Virus record (IMG/VR): IMGVR_UViG_3300002092_001784
Coordinates: 192,001-256,000 of that record
Direction: 5' to 3' (one strand)
DNA from: a virus
Lineage: Duplodnaviria > Caudoviricetes
DNA: 64,000 bases
Below the pieces are notes generated by a model that searched no databases, was not told where the DNA came from, and was given only the letters and a program-made list of their open reading frames with translations. Of this stretch, positions 48,062 through 58,930 are shown in pieces. The position numbers and the translations under genes were made by a program. Position 1 is the stretch's first letter. The number at the start of each line of letters is the position of its first letter.

Positions 48062-48904
48062 ATGATTATATATAAAGCTACAAACAAAGTAAGTGGTAAG
48101 TGCTATATTGGGCAAACTGTTAAGACTTTAGAAAATAGAATATATCATCACATTTCTAATTCTAAATCTGCAATACATAAAAGTATTTTTCACAATGCTT
48201 TGAAATCTTATGGTTCTGATAATTTTGAATGGGAAGTTATAGCAACGGCCGATACAAAAGAACAACTTAATGAATTGGAAATATACTATATAACAAAATA
48301 TGATAGTATAAATACCGGTTATAATATGGTTGAAGGTGGGACTGGTGGTTACAACCAATTTGCGGTAGATGCAAACAAATTAAAAAGAGCAGGTAAAACT
48401 TGGAATGAAATATATTCAGATACGGGGTTGGCTGTTATGAAAAATGCATTATCTACTTTTACTAAAGCTGGGGTTGAATATATTAAAAATTTACCAAAAG
48501 AACAAAGAATTATTAATGCAAAACGAGCTAACAAAGCCAGAACTGATATGGGATATAAACATAGTGATGCAACAAAAGATAAAATGAGTAAAGCTCAAAA
48601 AGGTATAACCAATACAGACCGATATGGTGAAGATGCTGCCAGCGAACTAAAAAAGAAAATATCCGAAGCAACTAAAGAAGCTATGAAAAAAGTGGACAGG
48701 GATTTAATCGGAAGAAAATCAGTTGAAGCTCGTACACCATTTTGGAATAAAAAACACGAAAATGATAGAAATGTGATATTAGAGATGACAAAACTGGGTA
48801 GTAAAATTAAAGATATAATGTTTGCTATAAATGTATCACCACCGACTTATTATAAACGAGTTAATGAATTGAAAAATATGGGATACTCCAATTTGTTTGA
48901 ATAA
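48062..48904 (+). mobile_element. Free-standing GIY-YIG homing endonuclease with C-terminal HTH-like segment
   Basis: IIYKATN...CYIGQT...GYNMVEGG; GYKHSDATKDKMS; IKDIMFAINVSPPTYYKRV; followed by a terminator. Confidence 0.82.
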
Positions 48905-48924
48905 ACAAATCAACTTATAACTTC

Positions 48925-48954
48925 AAAGGGTAGCAGAAATGTTACCCTTTTTTT
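48925..48954 (+). terminator. Intrinsic terminator after GIY-YIG gene
   Basis: AAAGGGTAGCA-GAAA-TGTTACCCTTT-TTTT. Confidence 0.8.
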
Positions 48955-49003
48955 ATGTTTTTAATTTTCGATATATTTATATATATTAACTATAATATAC
49001 AAT

Positions 49004-49684
49004 ATGACAAAAGAATTTAATAAAGGTTATATGCATCCAACTCGTAGAAAACTTGTGGATATGGTTCTATCCGGCGGAGAATACGATGGTGATGCTACAT
49101 TTGGGTACAGAGATATTCAACAGGAAGTTAAACATGCTGTTGGCGAACGGTGGACTGATTCTGATGGAAAGAAATGGAAGCAAACAGATGGTGGTAGAGT
49201 TGCGGACTCCGAATTAAGTGATATTATGGCAGATGCTCGTGCATATTTAGGTAAAATGAAATCATGCGCATCTAAAGATTGTAAAACTATAAAATTAGGC
49301 AGAGTAGATAAGAAATTGGTAGCAAAAACTGGATATTGTTTACATTGCCTTACAATAAAAGAAGCACAGATAAGATATGATGGGTTATGGGAGGTATATG
49401 CGGATTATAAGATATATTCAAATATGGTTGGGCACGGTAGAGATGTTTTGGCAAATCTAAACCAATCATTAAAGGATGTTAAACAAACATACGAATATGT
49501 AAATGCCGATGGTAAGTTAGAAACTTGGACTATGGATAGAGATGCTAATGAATTAAGAGCAGAAATTCTAATAGATATAACCAATGTTGAAAGAGAACTT
49601 GATGAGGTAATAGAATTACGAAATACGGCATGGGACAAACTTAAAGATAAAGGTTACGATTTAGTAAAAGCACCAACTGACTGA
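49004..49684 (+). CDS. Conserved hypothetical protein upstream of TerL (candidate small terminase)
   Basis: Position 2 nt before TerL, CxxxxC...CxxC, C-terminal coiled coil; function inferred from position only. Confidence 0.45.
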   Translation: MTKEFNKGYMHPTRRKLVDMVLSGGEYDGDATFGYRDIQQEVKHAVGERWTDSDGKKWKQTDGGRVADSELSDIMADARAYLGKMKSCASKDCKTIKLGRVDKKLVAKTGYCLHCLTIKEAQIRYDGLWEVYADYKIYSNMVGHGRDVLANLNQSLKDVKQTYEYVNADGKLETWTMDRDANELRAEILIDITNVERELDEVIELRNTAWDKLKDKGYDLVKAPTD

Positions 49685-49686
49685 TT

Positions 49687-51282
49687 ATGAATCAACCAAT
49701 AGTACAAAAGAAATCCCTAAAGGATATTATAGCAGAGGAATATAAAAAATGTGCGGTAGACCCGATACATTTTATGAAAAAGTATTGTATGATACAGCAC
49801 CCTGTTAAGGGAAAAATACCATTTCAATTATTTCCATTTCAAGAAAAGACATTAACCGAATTTAATGCAAACCGTTTTAATGTGGTTCTAAAATCCAGAC
49901 AAACTGGTATTTCTACATTATGTGCCGGATATGCATTATGGAAGATGTTATTCAATACGGATTTTAATGTATTGGTAATCGCTACAAAACAAGAAGTTGC
50001 TAAAAACCTTGTTACGAAAGTACGTGTAATGCATCAATTACTACCTGCATGGTTACGAGGTGGTAGTTTGGAAGATAATAAACTTTCATTGGGATTGCAT
50101 AACGGTTCACAAATTAAAGCAATCGCATCATCGCCTGACGCAGGACGTTCTGAGGCATTATCGTTACTGATATTTGATGAGGCGGCATTTATTGATGATA
50201 TTGATGAGATATGGAAATCTGCACAATCTACATTATCAACGGGAGGTAGCTGTATATCATTATCAACTCCAAACGGTGTGGGTAATTGGTTTCATAAAAC
50301 ATGGGTAGGTGCGGAAGAAGGTACAAATCCGTTTGTTCCTATAAAATTACATTGGACTGTTCATCCAGAAAGAGATCAAAAGTGGAGAGATGAGCAAGAA
50401 GAACTCTTAGGAACTAAAGGTGCAGCTCAGGAGTGTGATTGTAACTTTGTAAGTTCGGGTGATACTGTTATTGATCCTGCGTTATTGATGTTTTATAAAG
50501 AAACTTATGTAATGGAGCCAATTGAAAAGGGTGGGATTGATGGAAACTTATGGCGGTGGGAATTTCCCGATTTCACTAAATCCTATATGATAGTAGCTGA
50601 CGTTGCGCGTGGTGATGGTGCTGACTTTTCAACGGCTCATGTTATTGATATTATAAATTCGGTTCAAGTTGCAGAATACCGTGGAAAAATGGAAACTAAA
50701 GATTTTGGAAACTTTTTAGTGGCTTTGGCAACTGAATATGGTGATGCGCTTCTCGTAATTGAAAACGCAAATGTTGGATGGGCGTGTATTCAGCAGGTAA
50801 TAGATAGAGGGTATCGTAATCTATTCTATATGTCCAAAGACTTAAAATATGTGGATACTGAAAATCAATTTACAAACCGATACAGAGCAGAAGACAAGGG
50901 ATTGGTTGCTGGATTTTCAACTACTTCTCGGACAAGACCGTTGATTATTTCAAAATTAGATGATTATTTCAGAGATAAATCTATAATCATACACTCATCG
51001 AGAACAATAGATGAATTATTTACATTTATTTTCAAAAATGGAAGAGCAGAAGCAATGCAAGGGTATAACGATGACTTGGTTATGGCTTTAGCTATTGGGT
51101 TATGGGTAAGAGATACTGCACTTCGCTTGAGACAAGAAGGTATTGATTTAACACGAAAGGCAATAGGTGGTATTTCAAACCAAACCTATTCGGGCATTTA
51201 TGGTGGTAATTTTAACAGAGATAAAGACCCTTGGAAGATGAGAGTTGGTGATAATTATGAAGATTTATCTCAATGGTTGTAG
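49687..51282 (+). CDS. terL: Terminase large subunit (T4 gp17-like)
   Basis: VLKSRQTGIST Walker A, LLIFDEAAF Walker B, STPNG, VADVARG and DDLVMALA nuclease motifs. Confidence 0.93.
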   Translation: MNQPIVQKKSLKDIIAEEYKKCAVDPIHFMKKYCMIQHPVKGKIPFQLFPFQEKTLTEFNANRFNVVLKSRQTGISTLCAGYALWKMLFNTDFNVLVIATKQEVAKNLVTKVRVMHQLLPAWLRGGSLEDNKLSLGLHNGSQIKAIASSPDAGRSEALSLLIFDEAAFIDDIDEIWKSAQSTLSTGGSCISLSTPNGVGNWFHKTWVGAEEGTNPFVPIKLHWTVHPERDQKWRDEQEELLGTKGAAQECDCNFVSSGDTVIDPALLMFYKETYVMEPIEKGGIDGNLWRWEFPDFTKSYMIVADVARGDGADFSTAHVIDIINSVQVAEYRGKMETKDFGNFLVALATEYGDALLVIENANVGWACIQQVIDRGYRNLFYMSKDLKYVDTENQFTNRYRAEDKGLVAGFSTTSRTRPLIISKLDDYFRDKSIIIHSSRTIDELFTFIFKNGRAEAMQGYNDDLVMALAIGLWVRDTALRLRQEGIDLTRKAIGGISNQTYSGIYGGNFNRDKDPWKMRVGDNYEDLSQWL

Positions 51283-51337
51283 GGTTTTGTTGTTTTACAA
51301 TATTTATACTATATGAAATCAAATCACACCGTATTTT

Positions 51338-51766
51338 ATGAAAAAAACTATGAAAGAAGATATAACCACTGATAAATTGTATAAGAGAGGTGAACAACCA
51401 ATAGATAATCCATTGGATGACTATGATGAATTGGATGTTGAACAATCGGATATGGATGATTTTGTTAGGTTTTTGAAGATATACAATAACCAAATGAATG
51501 AAGCAACTTGCAGATGTATAACTGAAGCCGAATATAAAGGTAGAGATGTTAAATTGGGTAAACCAATGCAAGGTGATGTAAAGAAATTTAAGGTATATGT
51601 CAGAAATCCAACAACCGGCAAAGTAGTCAAAGTAAATTTTGGACAAAAGGGCATGGTTATTAAAAAGAATAATCCAGAACGTAGAAAATCATTCAGAGCT
51701 AGAATGAATTGCGATGAACCGGGGCCAAGAACAGGAGCTCGTTACTGGTCATGCAGAAAATGGTAA
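51338..51766 (+). CDS. Conserved head-module hypothetical protein
   Basis: ITE|AEYKGRDVKLGKP...KVNFG...RKSFRARMNC...YWSCRKW; between TerL and portal. Confidence 0.65.
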   Translation: MKKTMKEDITTDKLYKRGEQPIDNPLDDYDELDVEQSDMDDFVRFLKIYNNQMNEATCRCITEAEYKGRDVKLGKPMQGDVKKFKVYVRNPTTGKVVKVNFGQKGMVIKKNNPERRKSFRARMNCDEPGPRTGARYWSCRKW

Positions 51767-51791
51767 TCATACAAAACAATAAGTAAAAAAA

Positions 51792-53570
51792 ATGGGAGAA
51801 AACGAATTAGATGATAGAAGTTTTTTTGGTAGGCTAAAGAAACTATTTTCTACAACTGCCATTGTCCGTATGGATAAAGATGGTAAACGGAAAGTAGTTG
51901 ATACGGATGACCGCCAATATATGACTAATTTCACAAATCTTAGGGATCGTTATTCTAAGTTACAGCGTTCATATTATGAGCAACAGGGTGGTGCACAATC
52001 AATGGCATATCATCAAGTCCGTAGGGAATTGTTCAGAGATTATGATGCTATGGATAATGACCCTATTATTGCATCCGCATTGGATATTTATGCGGACGAA
52101 AGTACTACTAAAGATGAGTATGGTGATGTACTTCAAATAAAATCAACAAACGAACAAGTTAGAGATATTCTTAATAATCTTTTTTATGATATTATGAATA
52201 TTGAATTTAATTTATGGCCTTGGACTAGAAACCTTGTTAAATACGGTGACTTCTTTTTGGCATTGGAAATAGCCGAAGATCAAGGTATTATAAATGTAAT
52301 GCCTTATTCTGTTTATAATACAGAACGTATAGAAGGTAGTGATCCAAACAATCAAAATTATATAAAATTTAGAGTAGAAGTAGACCGTTTTGGTAAAAAA
52401 GAGTATGAGAACTATGAGATGGCTCATTTTAGATTACTGTCTGATACAAATTTTCTACCATATGGTAAAGCTATGATTGAAAACGGTCGTAGAGTGTGGA
52501 AACAATTATCATTAATGGAAGATGCTATGATGATACATCGTATTATGAGAGCACCTGAGAAAAGAGTATTCAAAATTGATATTGGTAACATTCCACCTAC
52601 TGAAGTTGATAACTATATGCAAAAGATTATCAACAAAATGAAAAAAGTACCATTTTTAGACCACAATACAGGAGAATATAATCTGAAATACAATATGCAG
52701 AATATTGCTGAAGATTTTTATCTACCGGTTCGTGGTGGTGATAGTGGAACTTCGATTGATAACCTAGCTGGATTGGAATATGCGGCAATTGAGGATATTG
52801 ATTATCTAAAAGCAAAACTATTTGCTGCACTTAAAGTACCAAAGGCTTATTTATCTTACGATGAAAATGTAAACGGTAAAGCAACACTTGCAGCAGAAGA
52901 TGTTCGATTCGCTAGAACTATTGAAAGAATACAAAGAACGATAGTTAGTGAATTGACTAAAATAGCAATAGTACATTTGGCAGCACAGGGTATAACTGAT
53001 GCAGAAATGACAAACTTTGAATTAAGTTTAACAAATGCATCCACTATCTACGAACAAGAAAAGGTAAATCTTTGGGCTGAAAAAGTTAATTTGGCTACTA
53101 ATATCAAATCATTGAATATGTTATCCGATGATTGGCAGTATCATAATGTGTTTGGTATGAGTGATGATGAAATTGATGTAGAACGTGCAAAAATAGTTCT
53201 TGACTTAAAACAAAGATTCAGATATACATCAATTGAACAACAAGGGCAAGACCCAGCAAATCCACCACAACAAACCGATGTTGAAGGTGAATTGGAAGAG
53301 ATGCAAACTAAAATGGGTAATAAAGGTGGTAGACCGCAGGAAGGAAATACTTATGGTAAAGATAAACACCCATATGGTAGAGACCCACTTGGAAACAAAG
53401 AAAACGAAAAGGAGAGAAAGCGAGAAACCCGCCCAAATAGTGTAATTGGTAGTAAACTGGCTCGTGAATACAAAGAAAGTATTTCATCTAAGAATAACCG
53501 CAAATCTATTTTATCGGAAAAACGAGACCTATTAAGTGAAGATAATATATTAGATGACACCAAAATTTAA
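51792..53570 (+). CDS. gp20: Portal protein (T4 gp20-like)
   Basis: LMEDAMMIHRIMRAPEKRVFKIDIGNIP, EDFYLPVRGGDSGTSI, LFAALKVPK, FARTIERIQ. Confidence 0.93.
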   Translation: MGENELDDRSFFGRLKKLFSTTAIVRMDKDGKRKVVDTDDRQYMTNFTNLRDRYSKLQRSYYEQQGGAQSMAYHQVRRELFRDYDAMDNDPIIASALDIYADESTTKDEYGDVLQIKSTNEQVRDILNNLFYDIMNIEFNLWPWTRNLVKYGDFFLALEIAEDQGIINVMPYSVYNTERIEGSDPNNQNYIKFRVEVDRFGKKEYENYEMAHFRLLSDTNFLPYGKAMIENGRRVWKQLSLMEDAMMIHRIMRAPEKRVFKIDIGNIPPTEVDNYMQKIINKMKKVPFLDHNTGEYNLKYNMQNIAEDFYLPVRGGDSGTSIDNLAGLEYAAIEDIDYLKAKLFAALKVPKAYLSYDENVNGKATLAAEDVRFARTIERIQRTIVSELTKIAIVHLAAQGITDAEMTNFELSLTNASTIYEQEKVNLWAEKVNLATNIKSLNMLSDDWQYHNVFGMSDDEIDVERAKIVLDLKQRFRYTSIEQQGQDPANPPQQTDVEGELEEMQTKMGNKGGRPQEGNTYGKDKHPYGRDPLGNKENEKERKRETRPNSVIGSKLAREYKESISSKNNRKSILSEKRDLLSEDNILDDTKI

Positions 53571-53636
53571 TAAACATTAAGATGTTTATATTTATATGTG
53601 TTACTTTACATAGATAAGTAAATATAATAAAAAAAT

Positions 53637-54512
53637 ATGAAGAAACTGAGCCATTCAAAGTATAAAAATACAGGCATATTATTTGAACTTTTGGTTAGAG
53701 AAATAACGCTGGAGGTTCTAAATGGTGATAAGACTGAAAACGCCAAACGAATTGTGAAGGAATTTTTTGCAAATGGTACTGAGCTAAATAAGGAATTACG
53801 TCTGTATGAACTATTACTAAAAGAAAAGTATAATTCGGAAAATAGGGCTGAAAAATTCGTTGATGCTATATGCCAAAGGCATTCCAAACTCAATGAAGTT
53901 AAACTTTCTAAAGAAAAATATACACTTATAAAAGAAATAGCTTCTAATTTTGATATTGAGAGATTTTTATCATCACCCATATCCAATTATAAAGTATTGG
54001 CATCAATTTATAAAGTATTTGAAGCCAAAAAATCGGAAAATTATGATATTAAAGATATTTTCAATTCTAAAATTACATTGGTAGAAAATATAATTTCCAA
54101 ACCTGCCAAAAGACAAACAACTACTCACATAGAAGATGCAAAATTATTAGAGGCATATAAACAGCAAGATAAAGATATTAGAATGCTTACCTATAAAATT
54201 CTTGTTGAAACATTCAATAAAAAATATACTAATTTAGATACAAAGCAAAAAACTTTGCTCAAAGAGTATATTAACAATATGAATAATACTTCTAAATTTA
54301 GTGAGTATGTATCTGCGGAAATACCAAAGATAGCAAAAGGACTTAAACTCATTGAATCAAAACTAACAGATGGTGTTACTAAAATTAAATTAAACGAAAC
54401 TATTTCAGTTTTACAGAAAATGAAAATCGGTAAAACTATATCAGATAGTCAAGTTTCATCTATAATGCTTTCTTACGAATTGATAAAGGAGTTAAAAACT
54501 AAAATAAAATGA
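53637..54512 (+). CDS. Head-module hypothetical protein (possible prohead core component)
   Basis: HSKYKNTGILFELLVR; helical; directly after portal with its own ATATTTATA motif. Confidence 0.6.
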   Translation: MKKLSHSKYKNTGILFELLVREITLEVLNGDKTENAKRIVKEFFANGTELNKELRLYELLLKEKYNSENRAEKFVDAICQRHSKLNEVKLSKEKYTLIKEIASNFDIERFLSSPISNYKVLASIYKVFEAKKSENYDIKDIFNSKITLVENIISKPAKRQTTTHIEDAKLLEAYKQQDKDIRMLTYKILVETFNKKYTNLDTKQKTLLKEYINNMNNTSKFSEYVSAEIPKIAKGLKLIESKLTDGVTKIKLNETISVLQKMKIGKTISDSQVSSIMLSYELIKELKTKIK

Positions 54513-55075
54513 ATCGAAACCAATTAAAAGTTGAAATGCGGAAGATTTTCCAAGAAATCAAAGATGATAGTGAATTGGAAGAGATGACCGGAACTGGTGC
54601 AGTAGCTGGATATAATACACCTGCTGCATTTAGTGCAGACCCAACGGCGGCAAAAAAGAAAAACAAACGATTGGCAGCTGTTTCTGGTGGTGAGATTGTT
54701 GATGAGGCAAAGAAATCCAAAAAACTGAAAGAATCTGATATTCTGAATCTAAAACAAGAGAAACCAAAACCTACTGCCGGTAAAGAATGTGAAAAATGTG
54801 ACCAACAAATTGCAGATATTTCTGGTATGGAATTGACTGAAAATCGTTGGTTGGCTTTGAAAAACGAAGATGGTTCTCCTAAACAAAAAGTTGGTAAAGG
54901 TGTCCGTAATATAAAAACACAACTGGCAGAAATTGAAAAATTCGTAAATTGGTACGGAAAGATTAAAAACGAAGGCGGACTTAAAAAAGAAGATTATTGG
55001 AAACGTACACAAAAACATCTAAATTCAATAAAGGAAAGGCTTATGAATCTTTCCGATAAAATCAGAACATTATAA
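54509..55075 (+). CDS. Putative internal head protein
   Basis: LEE|MTGTGAVAGYNTP, VDE, LKE, LTE sites; basic; head cluster. Confidence 0.55.
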   Translation: MNRNQLKVEMRKIFQEIKDDSELEEMTGTGAVAGYNTPAAFSADPTAAKKKNKRLAAVSGGEIVDEAKKSKKLKESDILNLKQEKPKPTAGKECEKCDQQIADISGMELTENRWLALKNEDGSPKQKVGKGVRNIKTQLAEIEKFVNWYGKIKNEGGLKKEDYWKRTQKHLNSIKERLMNLSDKIRTL

Positions 55076-55082
55076 CATAATT

Positions 55083-55880
55083 ATGAAAACAAAATCTAAT
55101 ATCGGAAAATTACGTGAAGCCATTAGAGCTATGGTACTTGCTGAAGTGAAATCCTTAAAACAGGAAGATATATCTGATTTACCTAAAGTATCAATTCCCG
55201 CAAATGTAAACACAAAATTGCAGTTGGCATTGACTCAAATTAGAGATGCAAAATTATCATTCAACCAAAAAATACAGTTAGTTGGTATGGTTATCGATAG
55301 TTTGGGAATAGATAAATCTGAATTAAGTAAGATTGATACAAAAATCAAATCAGTAATGGGTGGTACTAATGATTATGCAGCAGGTGCCGCAGATTATAAA
55401 ACCAAATATGAAGGTAAACAATCTACTAAAAAGGCAGTTAACGAAGCCAGACAAATTCCAATCGAAAAAGTAAAGGTGGGGCAGGAAGTTATGTATAGAA
55501 ATGATATGAACGCTGTTCCGTTTGTGGTTAAGACTATTGAAAAATCACATTCTGACGGTAAGGAGTATATCATATTAAAAGGTAGTAAAGGTACTCAAGT
55601 TCTAAAAAGAATAAAAGGTAATCCGGTATTATTGTTATCAGAAACCACTAAATTAAAAGAATCCAAACATAAATCTATGTTAAAGGAAGGTTCTGATTGG
55701 ATTTTATTACCATCAATCAATAAAATGGTTGACAGTTATGAAGGACATTTTTATGATGCTAAAAATCCTATGTTTGGTGAGGAAGTATTATACAATACAT
55801 CTAAATGGAAGCAACTTTATAAAAAACTAAAAGGTGATGATAAAGAAACAGTTGATTCTATTGTAAAGGAATTAAGATAA
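55083..55880 (+). CDS. Putative internal head protein, modular
   Basis: Modules delimited by VNE, LSE, LKE; shares a 64-aa domain with 55926-57248. Confidence 0.55.
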   Translation: MKTKSNIGKLREAIRAMVLAEVKSLKQEDISDLPKVSIPANVNTKLQLALTQIRDAKLSFNQKIQLVGMVIDSLGIDKSELSKIDTKIKSVMGGTNDYAAGAADYKTKYEGKQSTKKAVNEARQIPIEKVKVGQEVMYRNDMNAVPFVVKTIEKSHSDGKEYIILKGSKGTQVLKRIKGNPVLLLSETTKLKESKHKSMLKEGSDWILLPSINKMVDSYEGHFYDAKNPMFGEEVLYNTSKWKQLYKKLKGDDKETVDSIVKELR

Positions 55881-55925
55881 TCTAAAGTTTTTTATAGTAA
55901 CATTACAAAAACATAATTATAAGAT

Positions 55926-57248
55926 ATGAAACCACAATTAAGAGAAAAACTTAAAGAAATTGCTAAAGAAGTAATGGCAGAAGATTCTGAATACCAAGAT
56001 TTCTTCCAAAAGGCATTAGAAAAAGCCGGAAAATCAATCCCTTCTATGTCCGATGAGGAAAAGAAAGCATTTTTTAATAAAATAGATTCTGCATGGGATG
56101 CTAAAGGTGAAAAACGTGAAGTTAACGAAGATGTGGCAGCTGAATTACCATCGGCAAGTATTCCTATGAATGTAAAAACAAGATTACAGCAAGCTATTCA
56201 GCAAATATCTAATTCAAATCTTAGTTTTAATCAAAAAATCCAAGTAGTTGCCAAAGTTGTAGATGCGATGGGTATTGACCGTTCGGAGTTGGGCAAGATT
56301 GATTCAAAGATAAAAAGTAAAATGACAACAGCCACCGAAGGTGTAAAAAAAAAAATAAAATTTGAAGCATGGGATACTACTACTCCAATTAAAAAAACTG
56401 GAGAATATGCAGGTAAGACAATAGATCAACTTCAAAGTGAATTATCCGCACTAAAAGCTCGTAGTAAAACATATCAAGATAAAGGAGAAGCTGTTCCTGA
56501 AGATATTAAAACAAAAGAACACCAATTAAATTTTGCTATTCGTGCAAAACGTAATTGGAAAGGTGGGGCATCAAACGAAGCCATTACTGAAATGGGAGAA
56601 GGCGATGTTTTCTATAAGAGAATAATGAAATTATACGATAAGGGTGGCGAGTTTACTAAAAAGAAAGTAGCAGCTGCCGTATCGCATAACCCAAATGCTA
56701 CTCGTAATGAAATTATAAAGGATTTGCGTGATATGGATCACGATGCTATTACCAAATCTGCGGACAAACTTCGTATTGAATCCTTAATTAAGGAAGATAC
56801 TGGTAAACTATTAAAAGTGGGTGAATTAGTTGATTTACCTGCTAAACCATCATATCAAGCTAAAGCTGGTACATATAAATTGACATCGATAGATAAAAAT
56901 CCAAATGGATATTATATGTATGAGTTCACAAAGAACGGACGTACCGTAATATTTGGTGAATCTGAGTTGAAATCTATATTAATGAAAGAATCGATTGTAA
57001 ACGAAGCAGTTTCTCAATCGGATTTGAATAGGATTAAACAAATAGTTCAAGACCATGTTGATGCTGGTGGTACATTTATTGGATTGGGGGATACGTTAAA
57101 GAAATCGTTTAAGACCGATTTTTCTACGGCAATGGGTACTCCGATGTTTACTATAAAATTAGGTTCTAATATTTTTGCTATTCTTAACAAAAAATATGTA
57201 GATGATGCCGATTTTGTAATAGGTGACATAGCAGGCGGAACATTATAA
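55926..57248 (+). CDS. Putative internal head protein, modular
   Basis: Five to six small modules delimited by VNE, ITE, IKE, MKE, VNE. Confidence 0.55.
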   Translation: MKPQLREKLKEIAKEVMAEDSEYQDFFQKALEKAGKSIPSMSDEEKKAFFNKIDSAWDAKGEKREVNEDVAAELPSASIPMNVKTRLQQAIQQISNSNLSFNQKIQVVAKVVDAMGIDRSELGKIDSKIKSKMTTATEGVKKKIKFEAWDTTTPIKKTGEYAGKTIDQLQSELSALKARSKTYQDKGEAVPEDIKTKEHQLNFAIRAKRNWKGGASNEAITEMGEGDVFYKRIMKLYDKGGEFTKKKVAAAVSHNPNATRNEIIKDLRDMDHDAITKSADKLRIESLIKEDTGKLLKVGELVDLPAKPSYQAKAGTYKLTSIDKNPNGYYMYEFTKNGRTVIFGESELKSILMKESIVNEAVSQSDLNRIKQIVQDHVDAGGTFIGLGDTLKKSFKTDFSTAMGTPMFTIKLGSNIFAILNKKYVDDADFVIGDIAGGTL

Positions 57249-57259
57249 AATATAAAAAA

Positions 57260-57859
57260 ATGCAACCAAAACTATTAATTGAAACAAGACTATTTGAAGG
57301 ACGAGTACAAGAAGATTCTGGCGGAAGGACTCTTGTAAAGGGTATTCTTCAGAGAGCTGATGCTGAAAACCAAAACGGTAGAAAGTACCCACGTCAGGTA
57401 TTAATGCGTGAAGCCAAAAAATACGAAACTCTAATTAAAGAACGTAGGGCTCTTGGTGAATTAGACCACCCAGATTCAACGGTTATCAATCTAAAGAACG
57501 TATCTCACAATATTAGAGAAATACATTGGGATGGGGATGATTTGTGTGGTACTATTGAAATTTTACCAACACCATCCGGCAATATTTTGAAGGAACTTCT
57601 TAAAGCAGGTATTCTATTGGGAATTTCTTCAAGAGGTATGGGTTCTACTCGTCAGTTAGAAGGTACAACAGTGGAAGTGCAAGATGATTTTGAATTAATT
57701 GCATGGGACTTTGTATCAAATCCATCTACACAAGGAGCATTTATGACGCCTGTAAATGAATCAGTAAATAGAGGACTTCAACAAATTGGAACTGATATTT
57801 GCGGAGAATATTGCAGAGCACAGGATTTAATGAGAGAAATTATAACAGAAATATCATAA
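57260..57859 (+). CDS. gp21: Prohead protease (T4 gp21-like)
   Basis: GILQRADAENQNGRKYP, ALGELDHPDS..INL.NVSH, LGISSRGMGS, WDFVSNPS. Confidence 0.92.
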   Translation: MQPKLLIETRLFEGRVQEDSGGRTLVKGILQRADAENQNGRKYPRQVLMREAKKYETLIKERRALGELDHPDSTVINLKNVSHNIREIHWDGDDLCGTIEILPTPSGNILKELLKAGILLGISSRGMGSTRQLEGTTVEVQDDFELIAWDFVSNPSTQGAFMTPVNESVNRGLQQIGTDICGEYCRAQDLMREIITEIS

Positions 57860-58485
57860 TGAAAAAACCATTTGACATATACGACTATGTGCATAACACT
57901 AAGATAACTTTCAAAGTAGATGCACCGGAGAACGCAACTCATGTATCCAAAGGATATAATGATATTCGTAAAACCACACTAAAAGAAGCAAAGATTGTAA
58001 ACGGTAAGTTCAGTCTTTCAGAAAGTCTAAAAAATGAAACCGATAACAGACCGTTAAGTACGGAAGTTAAAAGACATTTCTTGGAAATCATATCTACTTA
58101 CAATACTTACCAAGACCAAATGCGTAGACCTTCGGATTTAACCGAAATATCAGAAACATTAGGTGGTATTGTGGAAGCCGCTAAAGAATTGGCAACCCGT
58201 GAATCGCCGGACTGGTTTGATGGTGTTACCGTAAAACGTAATATGCAAGAACTTCAAAAGTTGGACATTCAGTTTGAAAAATTTGCAATAGAAGCCAAAG
58301 CAATGGATGAAAGATTGCACGCATTGTATGAAGATATGGGAAACATTTTATCAAGATACTATAAGATAGCTGATATTCCAACCGATACTATGAAAGAGAG
58401 ACTTGCTATTAAAGAAACAAAAAAACCAATTAAAGAAGCAAAAAGTTCTCAACTTAAAAACGCAATATTCGGTAAAAGCAAATAA
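57859..58485 (+). CDS. Putative internal head protein (start moved from 57799 to 57859)
   Basis: TAATG overlap with the protease stop gives MKKPFDIY; LKE, LSE sites; helical C-terminal domain. Confidence 0.6.
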   Translation: MKKPFDIYDYVHNTKITFKVDAPENATHVSKGYNDIRKTTLKEAKIVNGKFSLSESLKNETDNRPLSTEVKRHFLEIISTYNTYQDQMRRPSDLTEISETLGGIVEAAKELATRESPDWFDGVTVKRNMQELQKLDIQFEKFAIEAKAMDERLHALYEDMGNILSRYYKIADIPTDTMKERLAIKETKKPIKEAKSSQLKNAIFGKSK

Positions 58486-58930
58486 CTATGAAAAAGCAAA
58501 ATTCGTATCTAATAATGGAAGGTAGTGCTAATCCTAAAAATTTGAAAGAATCAGTGTTAACCGAAGATATTACACATGAAGTAATTTTACCATTATTACC
58601 ACTACTTAGTGTTATAGCTGGAGTGGGTATCGGCAGTTTTATCGGTGATTTGGACCTTGATAGGGGTATCATACAATCCTTAAAAGATTCTTGGAATGGA
58701 TATTTTAGAAACCGAGCTGTCAAAAAGATAGTGGACCGCATTAAAGATGATAAAGATGTTCAAGAATTTCTAAACCATCCAAGTAAACCCGGTTGGACAA
58801 AAATGCTAGTTACCAAACTTACATCTGAAGAAAAAAAATACCTATACAGTTTAACTCGAAATAAATTTTAACTATGAAAACGCAAAATTCGTATCTAATA
58901 ATGGAGGGTAGTGCTAACCCTAAGAACTTG
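58483..58930 (+). repeat. 62-nt dispersed repeat at starts of two adjacent genes (58483-58544 and 58869-58930)
   Basis: 57/62 nt identical; encodes MK(K/T)QNSYLIMEGSANPKNL. Confidence 0.9.
58488..58871 (+). CDS. Putative internal head protein with duplicated leader peptide
   Basis: Begins MKKQNSYLIMEGSANPKNL; then LKE and LTE sites and a hydrophobic stretch (VILPLLPLLSVIAGVGIG). Confidence 0.6.
   Translation: MKKQNSYLIMEGSANPKNLKESVLTEDITHEVILPLLPLLSVIAGVGIGSFIGDLDLDRGIIQSLKDSWNGYFRNRAVKKIVDRIKDDKDVQEFLNHPSKPGWTKMLVTKLTSEEKKYLYSLTRNKF

Noticed and set aside
49687-51282. Intein or intron in TerL
   Set aside because: Normal length with contiguous ATPase and nuclease motifs.
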